From a virus (Duplodnaviria > Heunggongvirae > Uroviricota > Caudoviricetes > Crassvirales), in the IMG/VR virus record IMGVR_UViG_3300037280_000040, positions 1 through 20,378 of that record: a stretch of DNA of 20,378 nt, one strand, 5' to 3'. A program made the translations under genes and the position numbers. Below, one piece after another: positions 18,206-20,378 of this stretch; the stretch's first letter is position 1, and each line of letters opens with the position of its first letter. Below the pieces are notes generated by a model. That model made no database searches, had not been told where the DNA came from, and was given only the letters and a program-made list of their open reading frames with translations.

Positions 18206-18901
18206 TTATTTTACAGTATATTTTACACCATTGAATACTAACCACTCTATTGTGTTGATATTTACGGGTCTAACTGCACTTTCAGTGCCTTTAACTTCAA
18301 TATCCATATCAATACAATCATATTTACCATCTCTTGAAGTAAATTGAATTTTAAAGCCCCTAAGAACTCTACTCTCTCCTTCTACATAATCCTTCACAGG
18401 ATTCAATTGCATTGTTTCTAGAGCAATTCTATAGGCTTCAGCCATAGATTTCTTTTGTCTCTTAGCTTTATCAATTAAATCAATAGTAGAAGTTCTCTGA
18501 GCTTCTAATTCTTCAGCATAAACTTTCTTAGTTTTAGCTTTGTCAGCTTTTTTAAAGCATACAGCAAATACATGAGGAGTTACTAATTCTTCCCAAATAG
18601 TTCTGATTCCTTTAACTCTGACATCTCCTACTCTTGGAAATTCTCCAGTTTTAAAAGCTTTATCAATCTCAGCTTGTTCAAGCTGTTTAACTGTCCAAAA
18701 TTTATCTTCTTTACCTACTTCAATTTCAGTTTCATATTGGTCACCTGATTTAAGTAGATTTTTTACATAATCTTTAGAGAGTCTTACAACAGTATTACTC
18801 TCAATATGATTAAATAACACAGCATCTCTATCAGTACTTTGTACTGCATAATGTGATACTTCTGAGAATATATCACCAGCTTGAATGTCTTTAATATCCA
18901 T
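18206..18901 (-). CDS. Phage hypothetical protein (231 aa), possible SH3/Sm-like (WYL_2-like) C-terminal fold
   Basis: Intact ORF with typical codon usage. Its ATG overlaps the upstream stop (TAATG). The pattern VCFKK...R-LRG...D-D...R-VN-NTI resembles WYL_2/DUF2693-type beta barrels. The fold call is weak. Confidence 0.8.
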   Translation of the reverse strand: MDIKDIQAGDIFSEVSHYAVQSTDRDAVLFNHIESNTVVRLSKDYVKNLLKSGDQYETEIEVGKEDKFWTVKQLEQAEIDKAFKTGEFPRVGDVRVKGIRTIWEELVTPHVFAVCFKKADKAKTKKVYAEELEAQRTSTIDLIDKAKRQKKSMAEAYRIALETMQLNPVKDYVEGESRVLRGFKIQFTSRDGKYDCIDMDIEVKGTESAVRPVNINTIEWLVFNGVKYTVK

Positions 18902-19134
18902 TAGATGAACTTACTTAAAGATTCAACAAATGCAACAGCTTCAGATTTAAGCTTTTCAGCCCTTTCTTCTGTTGCTTTAGCTAGAGCAGTTGCTACTCTA
19001 TGACTTTGCAACTCTTCTTCAATTTCTTCCACTAATTTACTAGCTCCTTCATGGGCAGAAGTAAATATACTTTTAAATTCAGCTAGTTTCTCAATAGTAC
19101 TAGCTTCTGCTTTTTTTACACTAAAAATGCTCAT
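18901..19134 (-). CDS. Small coiled-coil hypothetical protein (77 aa)
   Basis: Fills the gap between the vWA gene and the 231-aa gene exactly (5-nt gap and 1-nt overlap). Ala/Glu/Lys-rich heptad-like sequence. Confidence 0.75.
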   Translation of the reverse strand: MSIFSVKKAEASTIEKLAEFKSIFTSAHEGASKLVEEIEEELQSHRVATALAKATEERAEKLKSEAVAFVESLSKFI

Positions 19135-19139
19135 AATTC

Positions 19140-19823
19140 TTACTTTTTATTATTATTTTCTTGATTAAAAAATCCAATATTTGAATCAGTTCCTGCTACT
19201 ACAGATTTTGAATACATAATAGTAGCTGCATTAGAGGTTGTATAAGCTGCTTTTACACCTCTTGTAGTATTATCATGATTAAGAGTATTAGTAACATTAA
19301 TCTTAATATTTCTAACAATTAAATCAGTATCATCTTTTGTACCTACAAAAGTAATAACATATCCTAATTCTTCACAAGTCTTTATAAGACTAGCTACTTT
19401 AATAGAGCTGAATCTAACTGAGTCATTTTCTCCTCCATCTGTAAAGATTTTAACTAATACTTTTTCATTAAATCTACAATCTAATATATTAGTTAAAGTT
19501 TGACCAATAGCATCATATAATGCTGTACATCCTGTTGGAGGAAAGAAAGTTAAATAATCAATATTTAAATCATTGATATTTACTCTATTACAGATAGTTT
19601 GAATATTATTTCTATAGTCAAATTCAACTATAGTATAAAGATATTCTACTTCTTTGTTAAGTTTAAGAGCAGCTATTTCTTCTTTCATTCCTTCAACAGC
19701 AGCTTCAAATTTACCTCCCCTCATACTGCCACTACCATCTAAGATATGTACAATATGTATAATAGCTTTACTTTGTCCAGCAGTATCTACTATAATCTTT
19801 TTATTTTCTTTGTTAATTCTCAT
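19140..19823 (-). CDS. Stand-alone von Willebrand factor A (vWA) domain protein (227 aa)
   Basis: Complete MIDAS signature: HILDGSGSM (DxSxS), GCTALYDAIG (T) and IFTDGGEN (D), with a vWA-like beta/alpha alternation including ITFVG. Confidence 0.9.
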   Translation of the reverse strand: MRINKENKKIIVDTAGQSKAIIHIVHILDGSGSMRGGKFEAAVEGMKEEIAALKLNKEVEYLYTIVEFDYRNNIQTICNRVNINDLNIDYLTFFPPTGCTALYDAIGQTLTNILDCRFNEKVLVKIFTDGGENDSVRFSSIKVASLIKTCEELGYVITFVGTKDDTDLIVRNIKINVTNTLNHDNTTRGVKAAYTTSNAATIMYSKSVVAGTDSNIGFFNQENNNKK

Positions 19824-19827
19824 TTTT

Positions 19828-20217
19828 TTATTCTGTTATTAATTTACCACAAGGAGTACCATCCTCAAAGGTATAATATTCTAAGAATTCACTATTTCTT
19901 ATACCATTTATATAACAACTATATTTTTCTATTTGAGAAAAACTATTTATTCTACCTAGACTAGTACCATTTTTAGCTCTATACCATTTATCTCTAAATA
20001 GTTTAGCATCTTCCATCTCAAAAGGTATATAAGTAGATTCAGGTTTAACTCTTAATTCAAGATATTTCTTATCTATTAAAATAGTAGCTTGTTTTAAATC
20101 TTCTCCAGTTAAAGTTGTAATATCTTGCCATCCATCATTTAGTTCTCTCTGAATAATTTTACCTTGTTTAAAAGCACTTAATATCTCAATTAAATGATTA
20201 GCTCTTTCTATATTCAT
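19828..20217 (-). CDS. Phage hypothetical protein (129 aa)
   Basis: Intact ORF packed 1 nt after the ThyX-like stop and 4 nt before the vWA start. The pattern AFKQGK-IQ...W-D...RVKPE..Y-PF...YTFEDGTP-G resembles, from memory, uncharacterised Bacteroidota phage proteins. Confidence 0.8.
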   Translation of the reverse strand: MNIERANHLIEILSAFKQGKIIQRELNDGWQDITTLTGEDLKQATILIDKKYLELRVKPESTYIPFEMEDAKLFRDKWYRAKNGTSLGRINSFSQIEKYSCYINGIRNSEFLEYYTFEDGTPCGKLITE

Positions 20218-20218
20218 A

Positions 20219-20377
20219 TTAAATTAATTTTAATCTTTTAAATTCTTCATGTAAAGGAGTAGCTAATTCTTTAGCACTAGGATGAGCAGGTACTGCATCT
20301 CTTAATTCAAAGAAATGATTCCAATCACTTACAAAAGCAGTATGAATTAGTTCAGTTTTAGCACTTAAAGTTAAACA
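20219..20377 (-). CDS. thyX: C-terminal fragment of a flavin-dependent thymidylate synthase (ThyX-like); 5' part lies outside the window
   Basis: Not in the ORF track. Manual translation of the - strand gives CLTLSAKTELIHTAFVSDWNHFFELRDAVPAHPSAKELATPLHEEFKRLKLI*, matching the ThyX C-terminal pattern KTE...T....W.HFF.LR....AHP....LA. The diagnostic RHRxxSxxxxSxR motif would be upstream and is not visible. Confidence 0.72.
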   Translation of the reverse strand, partial: CLTLSAKTELIHTAFVSDWNHFFELRDAVPAHPSAKELATPLHEEFKRLKLI

Positions 20378-20378
20378 A

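Larger units (their letters stand above)
1..20378. other. crAss-like (Crassvirales) bacteriophage genome segment: virion RNAP/cargo module converging on an oppositely oriented metabolism/accessory module
   Basis: Three consecutive giant ORFs, the middle one carrying a DFDID two-barrel RNAP motif and the first a C-terminal zincin. Dense coding, convergent gene blocks, ThyX-like gene, AT-rich leaders without Shine-Dalgarno motifs. This layout matches the known crAss-like arrangement (phi14:2 gp65-67 type). No integrase or host genes are visible. Confidence 0.9.

Noticed and set aside
18123-18347. + strand 74-aa ORF overlapping the end of the 1336-aa gene
   Set aside because: It has a non-ATG start, runs through the terminator hairpin and is antisense to the 231-aa gene.
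19654-19964. + strand ORFs 19654..19842 and 19746..19964
   Set aside because: Both are antisense shadows of the vWA and 129-aa genes, with low-complexity F/Y/L/I composition.
1-20378. Stop-codon reassignment (TAG or TGA), known in some crAss-like phages
   Set aside because: More than 5700 codons of virion genes read through under the standard code with no in-frame TAG or TGA. All 9 accepted genes end in TAA, which AT bias explains. There is no positive evidence for recoding, although the window never shows TAG or TGA acting as a stop either.
1-20378. CRISPR arrays, tRNA/rRNA genes, att sites and Bacteroidota TAnnTTTG promoters
   Set aside because: There are no regularly spaced repeats and no intergenic room for RNA genes. 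Promoter-like matches (e.g. tatatttg near 11890) fall inside coding sequence and cannot be supported.

Overview
This window is a segment of an AT-rich (about 28-30% GC by eye) lytic phage genome that looks crAss-like (Crassvirales, probable Bacteroidota host). The + strand block (1-18130) holds a 5'-truncated ORF and three giant, tightly packed virion cargo/ejection-type genes. The first (2065 aa) has N-terminal Gly/Ala-rich hydrophobic helices and a C-terminal HExxH zincin. The second (2352 aa) is a single-chain two-barrel virion RNA polymerase with a DFDID catalytic motif. The third (1336 aa) has a degenerate EExxH zincin-like domain and a C-terminal hydrophobic helix. This block converges, at a bidirectional intrinsic terminator (about 18146-18204), on a - strand block: the 3' end of a ThyX-like gene, a hypothetical, a stand-alone vWA protein, a small coiled-coil protein and a 231-aa conserved-looking hypothetical. 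The most striking unexplained pattern is cysteine placement. The three giants contain only 6 Cys in 5753 aa, and 4 sit within 5 residues of a terminus, exactly at the two gene-to-gene junctions. This suggests head-to-tail linkage of the ejected proteins. The DNA also shows extreme CpG depletion (about 10 CG seen) and near-total GATC avoidance (1 site seen). All family assignments come from motif recognition by eye; no searches were run.
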